Position numbers and translations under genes: made by a program
Origin: an uncultured Ignavibacteriales bacterium
Lineage (GTDB): Bacteria > Zixibacteria > MSB-5A5 > GN15 > FEB-12
Direction: 5' to 3'
DNA: 64,000 nt
Assembly (NCBI GenBank): GCA_964520865.1
Contig: CAZFOY010000005.1
Span: 5,737-69,736, forward strand
Notes under the pieces: generated by a model
What the model saw: the letters and a program-made list of their open reading frames with translations, nothing else
What the model was told of the DNA's origin: nothing
Databases searched by the model: none
In this document: one piece after another, positions 45,629-55,573 of the stretch
How positions within the stretch are numbered: position 1 is the first letter of the stretch
Layout: every line of letters begins with the position of its first letter

Positions 45629-45708
45629 GCCGAATTTCCTGAAACATTCTCTGGACTATTGAGTCCAATTATATACATACGCTCTGACAAAGAACATCTC
45701 GACAGGAG

Positions 45709-47400
45709 GTGAATGTGCGAAGTATCGGAAGAAGGACCGGCCGATGCCTGAGCGGGATCATCGTTCTGGTCATCCTATCAACGACCGTTGTATCGGCGGC
45801 AACGCCCGATTTACACGATAAACTCAACGAGTTTCTTAAGGCGGCGCACGAAGTTCAGAATTTCCAGGGGGCGGTGCTGGTCGCCAAGAAAGGCGTCCCG
45901 ATACTAAGTGCCGGGTACGGGATGGCCAATATCGAGCTGAATGTCCCGAACACCGATTCAACCGAATTCCTCATCGGCTCGATAACCAAACAGTTCACCG
46001 CCGTGGCGATCATGCAGCTGGTGGAAGCCGGAAAGCTAAAGGTCAGCGATACGATCACGAAATATCTACCTGACTATCCGAAAGAAAACGGCGACAAGAT
46101 AACGATCAAGAACCTTCTCACGCATACTTCGGGTATTCCCAACTACACCGATCTGCCCGATCTGGATAAACGCAAATTCATTCCCATCACTGTCGACTCG
46201 CTGATCGCCACTTTTTCCAGCCGTCCGCTGCAATTCGTGCCGGGCGCCCGATTCAGCTACAGCAACTCGAATTTCGCAGTCCTTGGCGCGATAATCGAGA
46301 AAGTATCAGGCGAGACATACGCCGACTATCTCAGCAAGCATATATTCGATCCACTTCATTTGACTCACACCGGGTACACCGACAACCGCGCCATCCTTCC
46401 CAATCGTGCATCAGGTTACTTCGAAGATGACAGCGGTCGGCTGGTCAATGCCGATCGGGTGGAAATGAGCTTCCCCTATGCAGCAGGTGCCCTCTATTCC
46501 GATGTTGGCGATCTGTCGAAATGGGATCAGGCGCTGTATACCAACAAGCTGCTGTCCAGGAAGTCGCGCGAGGAAATGTTTACACCGTATCGCGATCACT
46601 ATGGTTACGCTTTTCTCAACGACACTATCTTCGGGCACCGTCGCATCTGGCACAACGGTGCGATCGACGGATTCCACAGTATTATCGCCCGGTTCGTGGA
46701 CGACTCCCTGTGCATAATCATCCTCAGCAACAATCTCACCGCGCCGGTTGAGATGATCTCGCAACAGCTGGCGGCTATTATTTTCAACCAGCCGTACGAT
46801 GTTCCGGTCGCAAAGAAGCCGATCGATATCGACCCGCGCACATTACAGCAATATGTCGGCGTCTATCAAATCGAGCCGGGCTCATACCGGGTGATCACTT
46901 CCAGTGCCGCCAAGCTCTATTCTCAGCGAACCGGGGGAAGGCAGCTCTTGCTCGAACCTGAAGCTGCTGACAAGTTCTATCTCGACTACGACAACTCAAC
47001 TACTGTCACGTTCCTCCGCAATGACAGCAATCAGGTGTATGCCCAGATCATGCACCAGGGTGGTGTCGATGATACCGCACAGATGCTCAGCGGCCCGATT
47101 GCCGACAGTATCATGGCGGAGAGAACAATCGCGAAGGTCGATCCTAAAATCTACGACGATTATGTCGGCGAGTACCAGCTTATGCCGGGGTTTATTCTCA
47201 CGATCACCCGTCGCGGAGACCGGATTTTCGCGCAGGCCACCAATCAGGGAGAGAACGAGATCTTCCCCAGTTCGGACACCGAGTTCTTCCTGAAGGTTGT
47301 CGATGCCCAGATCAAATTCCAGCGTGATTCGACCGGCCAGGTAACCGGGCTGACGCTGTATCAGGCGGGACAAGTTTTGCCTGCCTCGAAAATAAAGTAG
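45709..47400 (+). CDS. Secreted serine hydrolase of the beta-lactamase / PBP (class C-like) family with C-terminal tandem accessory domains
   Basis: Signal peptide. S-x-x-K motif GSITKQFTA. YSNSNF (Y-x-N). Two similar C-terminal repeats (YVGVYQIEPGSY... / YVGEYQLMPGF...). Confidence 0.85.
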   Translation: MNVRSIGRRTGRCLSGIIVLVILSTTVVSAATPDLHDKLNEFLKAAHEVQNFQGAVLVAKKGVPILSAGYGMANIELNVPNTDSTEFLIGSITKQFTAVAIMQLVEAGKLKVSDTITKYLPDYPKENGDKITIKNLLTHTSGIPNYTDLPDLDKRKFIPITVDSLIATFSSRPLQFVPGARFSYSNSNFAVLGAIIEKVSGETYADYLSKHIFDPLHLTHTGYTDNRAILPNRASGYFEDDSGRLVNADRVEMSFPYAAGALYSDVGDLSKWDQALYTNKLLSRKSREEMFTPYRDHYGYAFLNDTIFGHRRIWHNGAIDGFHSIIARFVDDSLCIIILSNNLTAPVEMISQQLAAIIFNQPYDVPVAKKPIDIDPRTLQQYVGVYQIEPGSYRVITSSAAKLYSQRTGGRQLLLEPEAADKFYLDYDNSTTVTFLRNDSNQVYAQIMHQGGVDDTAQMLSGPIADSIMAERTIAKVDPKIYDDYVGEYQLMPGFILTITRRGDRIFAQATNQGENEIFPSSDTEFFLKVVDAQIKFQRDSTGQVTGLTLYQAGQVLPASKIK

Positions 47401-47427
47401 CAGAAGACCTTTTCCAAAACCAATAAG

Positions 47428-47469
47428 GCCCGCGACGGCAGATTCCCGTTGCGGGCTTTGTGGTTTTTG
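47428..47469 (+). terminator. Intrinsic terminator of the serine hydrolase gene
   Basis: gcccgcgacgg cagattc ccgttgcgggc (11-bp stem with one G-U pair), then TTTGTGGTTTTTG. Confidence 0.85.
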
Positions 47470-47482
47470 TTACCTTGCAGGT

Positions 47483-47854
47483 ATGTACAACGAAACGGTT
47501 CTGGACCATTTCAAGAATCCCCGCAACACGGGAGAAATCGCCGACGCCGACGGTGTCGGGAGCATGGGAAATCCGAATTGCGGCGATGTTATGAAGGTCT
47601 ATATAAAAGTGGTCGACGGTCACCTGGCGGAGGTTAAATACAAGACGTTCGGCTGCGCGGCGGCGATTGCAACCAGCTCAATAGCATCGGAGATGGTTCA
47701 AGGCAAAACGCTCGAAGAAGCTGCGAAGTTGACGCGTGAAGAAGTTGCCGAAGCCTTGAACGGACTACCTCCGGAAAAGATGGCCTGCTCGAATCTGGCT
47801 CCCGATGCGATCCGTGCCGCTATCGAAGACTATCGTGCGAAGAAGCTTTCTTAG
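47483..47854 (+). CDS. iscU: Fe-S cluster assembly scaffold IscU/NifU N-terminal-type
   Basis: LDHFKNPRN.G, NPNCGD, FGCAAAIATSS, and C-terminal conserved Cys (MACSNLA). Confidence 0.9.
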   Translation: MYNETVLDHFKNPRNTGEIADADGVGSMGNPNCGDVMKVYIKVVDGHLAEVKYKTFGCAAAIATSSIASEMVQGKTLEEAAKLTREEVAEALNGLPPEKMACSNLAPDAIRAAIEDYRAKKLS

Positions 47855-47878
47855 CCTGAACGCCCATCCTCAAGCCTC

Positions 47879-48661
47879 CTAAATCAACTCGAACAACGAT
47901 TCCTCGAATTCATACACCGGCTCGAAACCGAGCTTCTCGTAGGATCGAAGAGCCGGCAGGTTGTCGTTCTTGACGTTGAGGCAGATTGTCCGGCTGCCGG
48001 GATCCAGATCGGCGATCAGTTTCGACGTTACCAACGTTCCCAGTCCGCGGCCGCGCACGTCCGGATCGGTGGCGATACTTCCCAGCACAGCCATCTTGTG
48101 TTCGTCGGAATTCACGTGGATTCCCGCCACCGATAGGAGCCTCCCCCCTTCTTCGTATCCGAAGTACTTCCCCGTTTCCAGCATTCGCGGCGTAAAATAG
48201 CACTCAGGATAAGCGCGGTGATAGAGTTGTCGAACTCTGTGTACATCGGACGGTTTCAATCTGCGGACCCGTTCGTCGTCGGGCTGTAAATTGAAACTGC
48301 CGAGCTTCATACGCAGAAGTGTTCCGAAACTGCTTTCTCGGTACTGCTTTTGAAGTTGGGAGCGGGATTCTGTGCGAAAATGACAGAAGAATCTTGCCGG
48401 TAGGAGATCCATCAGACTGTCAAGAAAAGGGGCGAAACGTTCGGTCAGTCCCAGAGCAAGCACCACCGGCGTGTCACCTCCGGAGTAGATAAGTACAACT
48501 TCAAGAACATGCGCTCGTTCTTCGTAGTCGACCGCCCACTGACAATGTTCGAAAAAGAAGTCGTCAAGATCACCAATATGATAGGCGAACAGGACTGGGT
48601 CTTTCTCAAAATGTTCGAGGAGTCGCTTCTTGTCGGTTGAGAATATAAGCATCGCGATCAC
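47879..48661 (-). CDS. GNAT-family N-acetyltransferase (C-terminal acetyltransferase domain)
   Basis: AVLGSIATDPDVRGRGLGTLVTSKLIADL...NDNLPALRSYEKLGFE (acetyl-CoA binding R-x-x-G-x-G). Confidence 0.8.
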   Translation of the reverse strand: MIAMLIFSTDKKRLLEHFEKDPVLFAYHIGDLDDFFFEHCQWAVDYEERAHVLEVVLIYSGGDTPVVLALGLTERFAPFLDSLMDLLPARFFCHFRTESRSQLQKQYRESSFGTLLRMKLGSFNLQPDDERVRRLKPSDVHRVRQLYHRAYPECYFTPRMLETGKYFGYEEGGRLLSVAGIHVNSDEHKMAVLGSIATDPDVRGRGLGTLVTSKLIADLDPGSRTICLNVKNDNLPALRSYEKLGFEPVYEFEESLFELI

Positions 48662-48685
48662 ATGCAGCGGACATAATCGGTTCTA

Positions 48686-49177
48686 CTATCTCTTGTAACC
48701 GATCTTCCGGAGAAACGCCTGTCGATCTTTCTTGTCATCCTCTCCCTCGACTGCAAGCGGAGTCTCCCCGTCGATCACACCAAGAACGCCGCGGCCGAGA
48801 TCGGTTTGTCCCACTACCACCTCAAGCGGATTCGCCGTAGCACAGAAGATGTGGCAGACTTCATCGACTTGCTTCACGCGGTTGAGCACATTGATCGGAA
48901 AGCCGTCGGTCATGTAAATGAAGAACGTATGTCCGCAGGCGACATCGAACGCTGCCTGCGACGCCAGTTCTTCCATCTTCGGATCGTTGCCGTCGTGGCG
49001 GATCAGTCTCTTTTGCGAGGCCTCGCAGAAAGCGATACCGAACTTGAGCGATGTCGACGAGGTTACCAGGGCTTCGTACAGATCCTCAACCGTCTTGATG
49101 AAATGCGATTGCCCGAATATGATGTTGCACCCTTCGGGTATGTCAATCTTCACGACTTTCGTTCGGAAATTAGTCAT
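48686..49177 (-). CDS. Adenosine-specific-kinase-family protein (Pfam Adenosine_kin-like)
   Basis: [23 protein letters not shown]...[10 protein letters not shown]...[18 protein letters not shown]...[13 protein letters not shown]...GVLGVIDG...FLRKIGYK. Matched to the family from memory only. Confidence 0.6.
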   Translation of the reverse strand: MTNFRTKVVKIDIPEGCNIIFGQSHFIKTVEDLYEALVTSSTSLKFGIAFCEASQKRLIRHDGNDPKMEELASQAAFDVACGHTFFIYMTDGFPINVLNRVKQVDEVCHIFCATANPLEVVVGQTDLGRGVLGVIDGETPLAVEGEDDKKDRQAFLRKIGYKR

Positions 49178-49985
49178 TGCTATTCTCCTTGAACAAATCG
49201 TCCGAAAGGCCGCTGTTCACCACCGGATTTCGATAGTACTCCGTCCCTGAAAGAGAGACGCCGATCAGGAACATTGCCTTGGCCGACAGCTCAATGTCGA
49301 ACTGTCTCGGAAACCAATATCCATCGTCGGTCGGTCCGTACATGATCGTCATCCGTAGTTCGTTCATTTTGAACATCGCCTTGCGGACAAGTTTAGCCGG
49401 CGAGAAATCGACTTCAACCAGGTGAAACGACTCGGCATCGATATAGTAATCGCCGTTGATGTATTGTTCGTCTTCTTCCTTTGCTTCCACACGGAAGTGA
49501 TAGCAGGTATAGTTTCCGATCTGCTGATTAGCCACTCCCTTGTAAGTAATCGTGTAGTGGACGCGTTCGTCGGGATAAAACGGCTTCAGCATGTCGTACG
49601 AGATGTCCTTCGCCTTGCGGCTTATCCGTTTCTCCTGTCGGCTGGCCGCTTCCTTCTCCAGCTTGTCTTCACTCTGGAGTTCACCGTTCTTGTAGTAGGT
49701 CAGATATTTCTCTTTGAACAGTGCGGTGTCGTCTTCGTACTTGACGAAGATCTTCTTGAGGAACCGGACCTTCTGCTTCAGTTCTCCGTTATCGTTTCTG
49801 TCCCCTTCGATATACTCAGCGTCGAAAGTAACATCATGCACTTCCGATCTCTGTTTGCGATCGACAGAGAGGATGCGATCTATCAGCGCCTCCGGGTCGA
49901 TTCCCTGATCGTCCTGGGCTCGAACAATCTGCCGACCGGTTCCGACCAGCAGAATGAATGCAATCAGCAGATACATTCGCTTCAT
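49170..49985 (-). CDS. Secreted hypothetical protein
   Basis: The ATG at 49985 gives [24 protein letters not shown]. No family recognised. 8-nt overlap with the downstream gene. Confidence 0.65.
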   Translation of the reverse strand: MKRMYLLIAFILLVGTGRQIVRAQDDQGIDPEALIDRILSVDRKQRSEVHDVTFDAEYIEGDRNDNGELKQKVRFLKKIFVKYEDDTALFKEKYLTYYKNGELQSEDKLEKEAASRQEKRISRKAKDISYDMLKPFYPDERVHYTITYKGVANQQIGNYTCYHFRVEAKEEDEQYINGDYYIDAESFHLVEVDFSPAKLVRKAMFKMNELRMTIMYGPTDDGYWFPRQFDIELSAKAMFLIGVSLSGTEYYRNPVVNSGLSDDLFKENSND

Positions 49986-50007
49986 TATCCGGATACTTCC
50001 TCTCAGT

Positions 50008-51993
50008 CTATTTGATGATGACATCGCGAATCGTGTCGCCCGGGAGAATGCTCTCCGCGACATCCATGCCGGATATTACCTGTCCAAAGACGGTATAGCG
50101 GCCGACAAGATGCGGCTGGGGCGACAGGGTGATGAAGAATTGAGATCCACCGGTGTCTTTACCCGAGGTAGCGATTCCGACGGTACCTCTTTCGTACGGG
50201 AGGCTCGAATATTCGTCCCGAATAAAATAGCCGGGGCCTCCCCAACCGGTGCCAAGGGGATCTCCCCCCTGAATGACGAAATTGGAGATGACACGGTGAA
50301 AGATGAGCCCGTTGTAGAAGCCCTTGGTGGCAAGGTGAATGAAATTCAACACGGTCAGCGGGGCAGTTTCGAAATACAATTCCATCTCGATATTACCTTT
50401 GTTGGTGGTAATCATCGCGCTCGGATTGGTCTTATAATCGCGAATCCCCTTTTCGATAGTCGAAACACTCAACTTCGTCTCCGCCGGCGGGACCTGCTTG
50501 AAGCGATTTTCTCCGAGAAGCTGCTTGTATTCGTTGGCCGCGTCCAGCCGGACGACATAGGCCGGGTCGAGGATTCCCTTGATCAACAGCTCGCGCGCCG
50601 CGGTGTCTTCCTTGTTTTCTTCGATAAACGGCACCGATGCTTCGACGAGCGATCGACGCACGTCCACTTCGGTCTTCTCTCCTGCCGCCATCATGTCATT
50701 CATTTTGGGAAGATACGACTGGAGTTTCCCGGTACTGATCTTGTCGATAGCGAGCGATTGTAGGACGAAGTTGCTGTCAGTCAGCGCCTTGTCGATGTAA
50801 AACGTCATGTTCTGTGCATCGAGCGTCGTCAGCGCATCGAACGCCGCCGCCCTCACGGAAGGATCGGGATCGTTGAACAGGACGCCGAGCCGCGAGGTCA
50901 CGGTCGGATTGCCGACAATACCATACGCTTCGGCGCAGGCTGCTTTGACGGCCGGGCTGTGGAACAGGGCCAGAGAATCGATCAGGCTGATCGCTCGATC
51001 TCCCTGAACGGTAGCGAGATATTTTATGACGCTGCACACCGTATTGTCCGATGGATTGTCTTCGAGCAACTCCTCGGCTCTGGGGACGCCGTCCGGGTTC
51101 TTCTGACGAATCAGGGCGCTCAGCAGGTCCATCCGGAGCAACTCATCGTTTTCATTCTCAAGTTTTCTGACGAGACGGTTTCTGGCGTCCGGATCGGATT
51201 TGCGCGCAAGTTCTCGTATCGCCTGTGCGACCACTCCCTTGTCCCCGTCGTTCAGTGCAATGGTGAGGTACCGGATCGACTCATGACCATCGGACAAGCC
51301 GATACCGTGAACGGCGAGCGACCGAATCCAGGGATCACTGTCGGCGAGGTGGTCGGCGTAGATTTCAGTCGCGTTCTTCACGCCGAGCCTCGAGAGCGCA
51401 TACACGGCAGCTTGCTCCACCTCCTCGTCTTTCTCGTCTGAGAGGAAATCCATCAGGGCCGGTCCGCTGTCTTTCGCGCCGGCCTTTGCCAGTGCATAGC
51501 AGGCCGCCTCGCGAACTTCGGGCGACGGATGCGTGAGATAGCCGGTGAGTTGACTGATGACGTCGGTCATACTGCTGTCCATCAGCCATCCGGCCGCCTG
51601 TACCGCCCGTGCGCCGACCCGGGCCGGATAATCGTAGGCATCATCGAGCAGCATCCGCGCATATTCCTTCTCGCCGGTCAGACCGAGTCCGGTGACAGCT
51701 GCGGCCGCCACATCCATATCATCCGAGTTCACCAGGTCATAGAGCAGCTTACCGGAACCGGGAGTGCCGATCCGGCCGATCGCCAGGGCCGCTCGCGCTC
51801 TTACCTGCGGAACGGTATCTTTGAGATATTCCTGCAACCGCGCGTCGAACTCTCTCCGATCCTCCAGATGGGTAATCTCAGCCGCCTTTTCCGCGAATCC
51901 CTTCACGTGAAAGCGATCGTACAGGAAATAGGCTGCAGCCGCCAGCACGAGCAGCAGGAGGAGGGTTGCGATTCTCTTGACTATAGACTTCAT
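50008..51993 (-). CDS. Membrane-anchored HEAT-repeat protein fused to a C-terminal cyclophilin-type peptidyl-prolyl isomerase
   Basis: N-terminal anchor MKSIVKRIATLLLLLVLAAAAYFLY. About 450 aa of HEAT/PBS-lyase-like repeats (VRARAALAIGRIG..., VREAACYALAKAG..., WIRSLAVHGIGL...). C-terminal GNIEMELYFETAPLTVLNFIHLATKGFYNGLIFHRVISNFVIQGGDPLGTGWGGPGY...GGSQFFITL. Confidence 0.88.
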   Translation of the reverse strand: MKSIVKRIATLLLLLVLAAAAYFLYDRFHVKGFAEKAAEITHLEDRREFDARLQEYLKDTVPQVRARAALAIGRIGTPGSGKLLYDLVNSDDMDVAAAAVTGLGLTGEKEYARMLLDDAYDYPARVGARAVQAAGWLMDSSMTDVISQLTGYLTHPSPEVREAACYALAKAGAKDSGPALMDFLSDEKDEEVEQAAVYALSRLGVKNATEIYADHLADSDPWIRSLAVHGIGLSDGHESIRYLTIALNDGDKGVVAQAIRELARKSDPDARNRLVRKLENENDELLRMDLLSALIRQKNPDGVPRAEELLEDNPSDNTVCSVIKYLATVQGDRAISLIDSLALFHSPAVKAACAEAYGIVGNPTVTSRLGVLFNDPDPSVRAAAFDALTTLDAQNMTFYIDKALTDSNFVLQSLAIDKISTGKLQSYLPKMNDMMAAGEKTEVDVRRSLVEASVPFIEENKEDTAARELLIKGILDPAYVVRLDAANEYKQLLGENRFKQVPPAETKLSVSTIEKGIRDYKTNPSAMITTNKGNIEMELYFETAPLTVLNFIHLATKGFYNGLIFHRVISNFVIQGGDPLGTGWGGPGYFIRDEYSSLPYERGTVGIATSGKDTGGSQFFITLSPQPHLVGRYTVFGQVISGMDVAESILPGDTIRDVIIK

Positions 51994-52065
51994 ATGCGCC
52001 TCAAATCTATGCTACATATACAGAAGCGTCAACATTTAATCTGGCCCGCGAAGAGTAGGAAAACC

Positions 52066-52099
52066 CAATCAAAAACCCCTGACCATCGATCAGGGGTTT
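52066..52099 (-). terminator. Intrinsic terminator after the HmuY-like gene
   Basis: Minus strand: AAACCCCTGA tcgatgg TCAGGGGTTT followed by TTGATTGGGTTTT. Confidence 0.8.
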
Positions 52100-52125
52100 G
52101 CAGAAAACCGTACTGTTCAACCGGT

Positions 52126-53193
52126 TTACAGCTTGGACCAGACGAAAGTATAATGACCGCTGGTGGGAACGCCGCCGATATTGGCATAGTAACTGTCTAT
52201 CCGAACTTTATATACCGCTCCGGCCGTGCGCACGAGATAGACGTGTGCTTTCGAGGTCAACTGGTGGCTCGTGCTGTTGTAATTGTACCAATCGGTAAGA
52301 GCGGAACCCGGAATGTCGGGGAACATTGGCGCCCCAACCGGTTGAGAGGTGAAGCCGTTTATGTCTCGGGGGTCGCTCAGGGTGGTATAGGCCTGGAATG
52401 CTTCGCATCCTCCGGAACCGTTCGGACCGCTATTCTGCATCACGTTGTAGTTGCTGAAACCAAGATCCCAGTCAAGAGAACTTCTCGGGTCCGATGGGTT
52501 GACTTGTGTTCCTGTCGAAAAGTCAAAGTAACCGGTTCCGGTCCCGGCGACAACCTGTGAATGCAGTACCGGCCCGGGGAGGCTGAGTGATCCGGCCGTG
52601 TCCTGATAATAGTATGTAAGATAAACTGTTCCCATGTCCGGCGGCATAGTAGCCCCGACCAAAGAATCGATCTGGAATTTGACGTAGTGTTGTCCCGTAG
52701 CATCCTTCATCGAATAGACATCGCGAGTTATTTCAACTGTATGATTGGTCATGTTGTACGTGTACCAGTTGCTGATGAAGTAGTCGATAAAGTCGGAGGT
52801 CCAATTGGCTCCCAGCGTGTCGCCGATGCCGACGGAGTCAAAATTCATGACTCCCAGATCCGCCCCTTCGACATCCCCGTTGTTCACAGTCGATGTTCCT
52901 CCGTTCAGCTTGATTACTTCCCGCTTGAATGCGATATCCCAGATATCGGCAGCCGGTTTCGGCGTTCCGTTGGATACGGTGTCGTGTGCCCCAAACGAGA
53001 AATAGGCAAAATTGTTGTAGTCCGAGGCGTCGATAACGGTAGTCCAATAGCCTCCGGTAGAGTCCCAGGTCGAGGTAGCAGTACTGGAATGAGTCGGTCC
53101 GCCGGAACTGACCGGATTGTTGTTGCTACTGCCACAACCGATCATTCCAAATGCGAACAGCATTAGAATCGAGAACGTAAGTAAGAGCTTCAT
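52126..53193 (-). CDS. Lipoprotein with two tandem HmuY-like domains
   Basis: Lipobox FGMIGC. TTVIDASDYNNFAYFSFGAHDTV...IWDIAFKREVIKLNGG...HYVKFQIDS resembles P. gingivalis HmuY (TVTIDASKYETWQYFSF...NWDMALHRYDVRLNCG...IAKVQFTDY). A second copy follows: GYFDFSTG...DWDLGFSNYNVMQNSG...VYKVRIDSYY. Confidence 0.7.
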   Translation of the reverse strand: MKLLLTFSILMLFAFGMIGCGSSNNNPVSSGGPTHSSTATSTWDSTGGYWTTVIDASDYNNFAYFSFGAHDTVSNGTPKPAADIWDIAFKREVIKLNGGTSTVNNGDVEGADLGVMNFDSVGIGDTLGANWTSDFIDYFISNWYTYNMTNHTVEITRDVYSMKDATGQHYVKFQIDSLVGATMPPDMGTVYLTYYYQDTAGSLSLPGPVLHSQVVAGTGTGYFDFSTGTQVNPSDPRSSLDWDLGFSNYNVMQNSGPNGSGGCEAFQAYTTLSDPRDINGFTSQPVGAPMFPDIPGSALTDWYNYNSTSHQLTSKAHVYLVRTAGAVYKVRIDSYYANIGGVPTSGHYTFVWSKL

Positions 53194-53204
53194 ATGAGTC
53201 TCCT

Positions 53205-55430
53205 TCAGTGTTTCAATCCGAAATCGTATTTCAGCCCCGCAAAGACTTCAAAGCCGGGCCAGTAACCATAAGTAACATTGGTTGTGTTCAGAAGGTTCTC
53301 GAATCGCAGGGAGGCCTCGAATCCGTTCTGGAATCTCTTGAATAGGTTGACGTTAAGCTGCGTTCGTGACGGCGCCTCTTCCGGCGCACCTTCGTTACCT
53401 CCAGTGTTCGTGATCGGTACCCAGAGTTTCGGCGACTGGTAGAATCCCCAGAGTGTTGCGCCGGCGTTCCATCGATTGATTGTCCCGGTCAGATAGCACT
53501 TGACTGTGTGGTCGGGGTTGTTGAGAAGTTTCTGGTGAGTCTCCAGATTGCGGGTGTAGAGATAGTCATAGGAGAGCGAGAAGTCCAGAGCCCGGCTCAG
53601 GCGTACTCGCGACTCCCATTCAATCCCCTTGGTAACCGCATTCTCGATATTTTGATAGACGTACACGCCGCGCCAATACGGATCGGGGAAGCCGATCAGG
53701 GTGAAATCGATGAGGTTGTGGAGCCGGTTATAGAAGAAGGTGATTCGATGCATCCCGATCGACCCGTACGAAAACTCCGCCGATACCGAGCTGTTGACCG
53801 AAGTCTCCTGTTTCAATTTCGAAAAATCCAGCCCGGTGAGATCGTACGGTGAGTATTGGATGGCCGATCCGCCGTAGACGATGTAGCCGGCGGCGGTGTG
53901 ATCGAAAATGAAGTACTGCTCCTTCAGCGATGGCGCCCGGAAACCTCGTCCGATAAACCCGCGAAACTTGAGTCCTTCGCTCGGTTGAAACATGACATTC
54001 AACGATGGATTCACGTGATTGCCGAACGAGCTGTGATGTTCGTATCTGACGCCCCCGACAAAATTCAGGGCATTGATCGGCGAGTATTCGTACTGCAGAT
54101 AGCTCGCCACCGATTTATCGGCCCGCGCCTGGTCGATCAACTCGCTCGATGTCAGATCCTGGTAATCGTAGTCGAGTCCGTAAGTTGCTACGTGATGATG
54201 ACCGATGACATAGTTCGCGGTGTAGGAAGCTTCAAAGAAGGCATCTTTGGTAATCGACGTATCTACCCAGTATGATTGAGCATACTTGTTCCAGGCGTGA
54301 TCGTAGTATGTTCCGAACAGACGAAGTTTCATCGAATACTTATCGCCGGACATATACTCGAGGCTGGTCGAGCCTTCGTAATGCTTGTTTACTTCGTCAT
54401 CATCGTATGTATACGTCGTGTCCTCGTTGACATTTTTCGCCACGATCTCCGATTCGATCCATTTCTTGTTCTCGTACATGAAGCGGCCTGAACCGGAGAC
54501 TCTCCATTTATCAGAAAGCAGGTGGGTGATCTTGTTCGAGAGATTGACCCGGCGAATTCGTTCTTCCCCGTTCGTCTGGGGAGTAGATTTGTTGAGGTCG
54601 AATCCCTGTGTCGAGAAGTACTTCCCGCCCAGAGTGAGGCCGGTGCGGCTTCCGCCGTACTGCAGGTCGAACGATGGATTCGAGCTGGTATGGCTGCCGT
54701 AGTCGAAATACAGGCTTCCCTTCCCTGTACTCATCTCCGGTTGCCTGGTGATGATGTTTATTACCCCGCCCATTGCGTCGGAACCGTACAACGTGGAACC
54801 GGTTCCTTTGACAATTTCTATCTTCTTGACGTTTTCCAGTGAATACTGGCTTAGATCTATCGACCCACGCACCCTTCCGACCGCGCGCTCTCCATCGACC
54901 AGGACAAGGACTCGATCGTTATCGATTCCTCTGATGGTCGCCCCCTGGCCGGAGAGGTCCTGATTAATGTTGATGCCTATGGACGATGAAAGCGCTTCAT
55001 CGACAGTAGTAGCGCCGGTTCGTTTGAAATCACGCTGGCTGACCACCTCCGTCTCCACTGGTACATCCTTTAACAGGTGGGGTGAACGGGTCCCGGTGAC
55101 GACAACATCGTTCAGAACCCAGGGGGACGGGTGCAGGAAGACGTCTTGAGTCTGAGTACCGGACAGAGACACGGCAGTCGTGTCGCTCAAGTCGTAAGAA
55201 ACGTGAGAGATGACCAGGTGGTAAAGACCGTCCGGAATATCTGCGAAGCTGTAAATCCCCTGTTTATTCGTACGGGTAGTCTTGCCGGTCTCGATTATTC
55301 TTACGTTGGCGTTGTCGATCGGATTGTTGGTTTCGGAATCGAGAACCCGTCCGGTCAGTTCCGCACCAGCGGCCGCGACTCCTGAAATGATAAAGGCAAG
55401 CAGAAACAGTCCCGTAACAATCCTTGTCAT
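53205..55430 (-). CDS. TonB-dependent outer-membrane receptor with carboxypeptidase-regulatory-like N-terminal domain
   Basis: GRVLDSETNNPIDNANVRI...GIYSFADIPDGLYHL. Plug: IRGIDNDRVLVLVDGERAVGR...IEIVKGTGSTLYGSDAMGGVINI. Barrel ending ...FAGLKYDFGLKH. Confidence 0.9.
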   Translation of the reverse strand: MTRIVTGLFLLAFIISGVAAAGAELTGRVLDSETNNPIDNANVRIIETGKTTRTNKQGIYSFADIPDGLYHLVISHVSYDLSDTTAVSLSGTQTQDVFLHPSPWVLNDVVVTGTRSPHLLKDVPVETEVVSQRDFKRTGATTVDEALSSSIGININQDLSGQGATIRGIDNDRVLVLVDGERAVGRVRGSIDLSQYSLENVKKIEIVKGTGSTLYGSDAMGGVINIITRQPEMSTGKGSLYFDYGSHTSSNPSFDLQYGGSRTGLTLGGKYFSTQGFDLNKSTPQTNGEERIRRVNLSNKITHLLSDKWRVSGSGRFMYENKKWIESEIVAKNVNEDTTYTYDDDEVNKHYEGSTSLEYMSGDKYSMKLRLFGTYYDHAWNKYAQSYWVDTSITKDAFFEASYTANYVIGHHHVATYGLDYDYQDLTSSELIDQARADKSVASYLQYEYSPINALNFVGGVRYEHHSSFGNHVNPSLNVMFQPSEGLKFRGFIGRGFRAPSLKEQYFIFDHTAAGYIVYGGSAIQYSPYDLTGLDFSKLKQETSVNSSVSAEFSYGSIGMHRITFFYNRLHNLIDFTLIGFPDPYWRGVYVYQNIENAVTKGIEWESRVRLSRALDFSLSYDYLYTRNLETHQKLLNNPDHTVKCYLTGTINRWNAGATLWGFYQSPKLWVPITNTGGNEGAPEEAPSRTQLNVNLFKRFQNGFEASLRFENLLNTTNVTYGYWPGFEVFAGLKYDFGLKH

Positions 55431-55481
55431 AGATTCTCCATCTCGTTACGGGAAGCAAAAAAGGGTAAAATGGGCCCCCAG

Positions 55482-55499
55482 TGTCATGTATCTGTCATG
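55482..55499. promoter_or_regulatory. Direct repeat TGTCATG-N4-TGTCATG upstream of the receptor/HmuY operon
   Basis: tgtcatg at 55482-55488 and 55493-55499 (11-bp periodicity), 52-69 nt upstream of the receptor ATG. Confidence 0.35.
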
Positions 55500-55573
55500 G
55501 TCGAAAAAAGTACGAGGGATTCCGACAGCCGCCGCAAGATGTCATTACACAGCGAGTTGTCGATCGGTAAAGA

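Noticed and set aside
51899-51914. parS-like CCCTTCACGTGAAAGC inside the HEAT-cyclophilin gene.
   Set aside because: Only 11 of 16 positions match the consensus. The short palindromic core around CACGTG is easily fortuitous, and the site is 30 kb from parAB.
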